A DNA stretch of 60,809 bases, counting the filler, from Sphacelaria rigidula (Eukaryota): NCBI GenBank assembly GCA_964200075.2. It is 2 parts of 2 records of this genome, joined end to end, with 100 filler letters (N's around TTAATTAATTAA, not from the genome) between each part and the next. Parts side by side here need not be neighbours in the genome. Positions count along the whole stretch, not along the records: positions 30,487 to 60,809 come from CAXNAA020000064.1; 1 more part is not named here. One strand, given 5' to 3'. The position numbers and the translations under genes were made by a program. Shown one piece after another: positions 58,997 to 60,809 of the stretch. Position 1 is the first letter of the stretch; each line of letters starts with the position of its first letter. The notes beneath the pieces were generated by a model that saw only the letters and a list, made by a program, of their open reading frames with translations, searched no databases and had not been told where the DNA came from.

Positions 58997-60809
58997 CTGG
59001 TTATGGAGGTGTAAGGTCCGTACAACGGTGTGAGATAGGGTCAAATAATTTTAATGTTAAACCAACCAAGGCAGTCTTGGTAACATTCAGATTGACAGGT
59101 GTTTCATTGCGTGAAAGCTGACCCGGAGCGAAAACGAATATAGTGACGATTTTCTGCACCTACCAGCAATAGGTCGGGACCGGTAAATATATCACTATAG
59201 GTCCCGTCAACATGTGACCCTCCAGCCTGATAGGTACGTATGAGTTTCTTCCACAACATATTTCCGCCGTGGTTTGATTCGTTATTGCGCCGCAATTCCA
59301 GAACACGACCGATACATTCAAAGGAACCTTATGAGATACACACGATGACAATGAAAACGTGGTAGGCACGCTTCGAACGCTTCAGATTGCAGCAATTCGA
59401 CGACATGCGGCTTATGTTCCACCTAAAGGTACTGCGGTCATGGCAAATAAATCGAGAGGCGCACCCCGAAAAAGGGCCTAGCAAATTATTTCAGAGCCGA
59501 GTTTTCAGAACCAGGACGCAGAACCGTTTTTGCTCGGAAGCCTGGCACGAGTTTAGGCCTTGACTTCTAAGGCACGCCGAAGACATACTTAAGGCAAATG
59601 AATGTGGCCCGCCGCAGGCGAAAAAACTGGGGATCAGGCAAAATTTAAGGCAATGCCTCAGACCCAATTTCATGCCTTAGATTTGCCTTAGTTCCATTTT
59701 GCTCTTCGTGCACTCTAGGCAAGCCCGGCTAAGCCCTATCTGTGGTGCCAATTAAAAAACGAGTGTTGCGCGTAGCACGTAGCATATTTATGTGCCGTGG
59801 CATAGATGCGTGCAACATTCCATGTCTGGAATGATCAAAAAGAGGTATTTGCACCATAGTCAAAGTATCAAAGTATCTTCCCATTTCGAAACCAAACTCA
59901 ACAGCTCTCGATCTTTGCCACTCTGTACGATCTATACCAGAGCAGCAGACATGCAATGAAAGCTGAAAAGCACACACATACGCGAAAAGATCAAGGTACA
60001 GAGGAACAGTAGCAGGGAGCAAACGTCAGGAGCAACAAAAGAGCACCAACATTACAACACCACAATGCTCATGGGGAGCACTCTGCAATGTGCTCATCGC
60101 CCGGCTCACGGCCAAATCCTTGCCCTACATGACCAGAGAGGAAATGCGCCTCGCTTTGGAGTACCCCTGAGCAACAGGACTGTGACAGCAACCTTCTGCA
60201 GGGGGAACCGAAGACCTTCTTCGGCGGCACACGCAGTCGTGCCGTAGGCACATACAACAGACGTATCAACACTCGTCGAAATACTCGAGCAGCTGAAAAC
60301 ATTGCAGGTTCTTGCACCGCCAAAACTTGGACAAGATTTTCTCAAACTTTAGTGCATTTGAGCAAGTGGTGAACAAGTGGACGCATTTCCAAGCAAAAGC
60401 AATGATTTTTCATCGCGGATTGTCTGCATTTGTACACATCGTCTTCGCCGTGAACTGACGTCATGACGTGTTTTTGCATGGGGTTCGATATTGAGCGAGA
60501 TAAGAGTGGATTTCACACATTTTGGATATTCAATTATTCGACGAAAACATCAAGTAATATTGGTTCTGACTGTCTTCATGTTGGTTGTACTCGTCTGCGT
60601 GGCCTTTTCCCGCTCGTTTGTTTTCATGAGTATAACTATGTCGGGAGGAAATGAACAGCTCATAGCCGATAGCCCCCGAAATATATGGTCGTTACATGAG
60701 CAAGCAGGATGCCCTTTGTGGGGGCGGGGCGGGGGGGGGTACTCATTCGTTGCTTGCCTTAGTCGTTTGACCATTGACCACGCATCCCTACTCCTAATAG
60801 AGACAGGGG

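Noticed and set aside
59472-59737. Possible MITE with short AGGGC(C/T)TAGC inverted ends
   Set aside because: Only about 11 bp of imperfect TIR and no matching TSD; insufficient support.
60065-60345. Short ORFs considered as upstream TRM13 exons
   Set aside because: No KHLCG or other TRM13 motif and no convincing splice sites.

Overview
Eukaryotic, intron-rich and repeat-rich genomic DNA, most consistent with a brown alga or similar photosynthetic stramenopile. The evidence is long GT-AG introns, a bipartite plastid-targeting presequence on cpFtsY and interstitial TTAGGG tracts. Five spliced genes can be rebuilt by hand with consistent intron phases: the 3' end of an EDR2-C/DUF1336-domain gene (+), an Angel/CCR4-like EEP phosphoesterase (-, 5' end missing), plastid FtsY (-, 3' end missing), an apparently complete 10-exon ~1346-aa ankyrin-repeat gene (+) head-to-head with FtsY, and the 3' end of TRM13 (-). 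A synthetic scaffold linker (N44-TTAATTAATTAA-N44, 30387-30486) separates the two truncated minus-strand genes. The remainder is a decayed RTE-like LINE, LINE 3' fragments, a tRNA-derived SINE family, several hAT- and Tc1/mariner-type MITEs and a mariner transposase relic. The most unusual signals involve telomeric repeats: two 214-bp TGT...ACA MITEs with 5-bp TSDs that carry an internal (TTAGGG)n tract and flank one exon, and a (TTAGGG)n tract between two copies of a 51-bp duplication. Most ORFs in the supplied track are spurious. No database searches were run.
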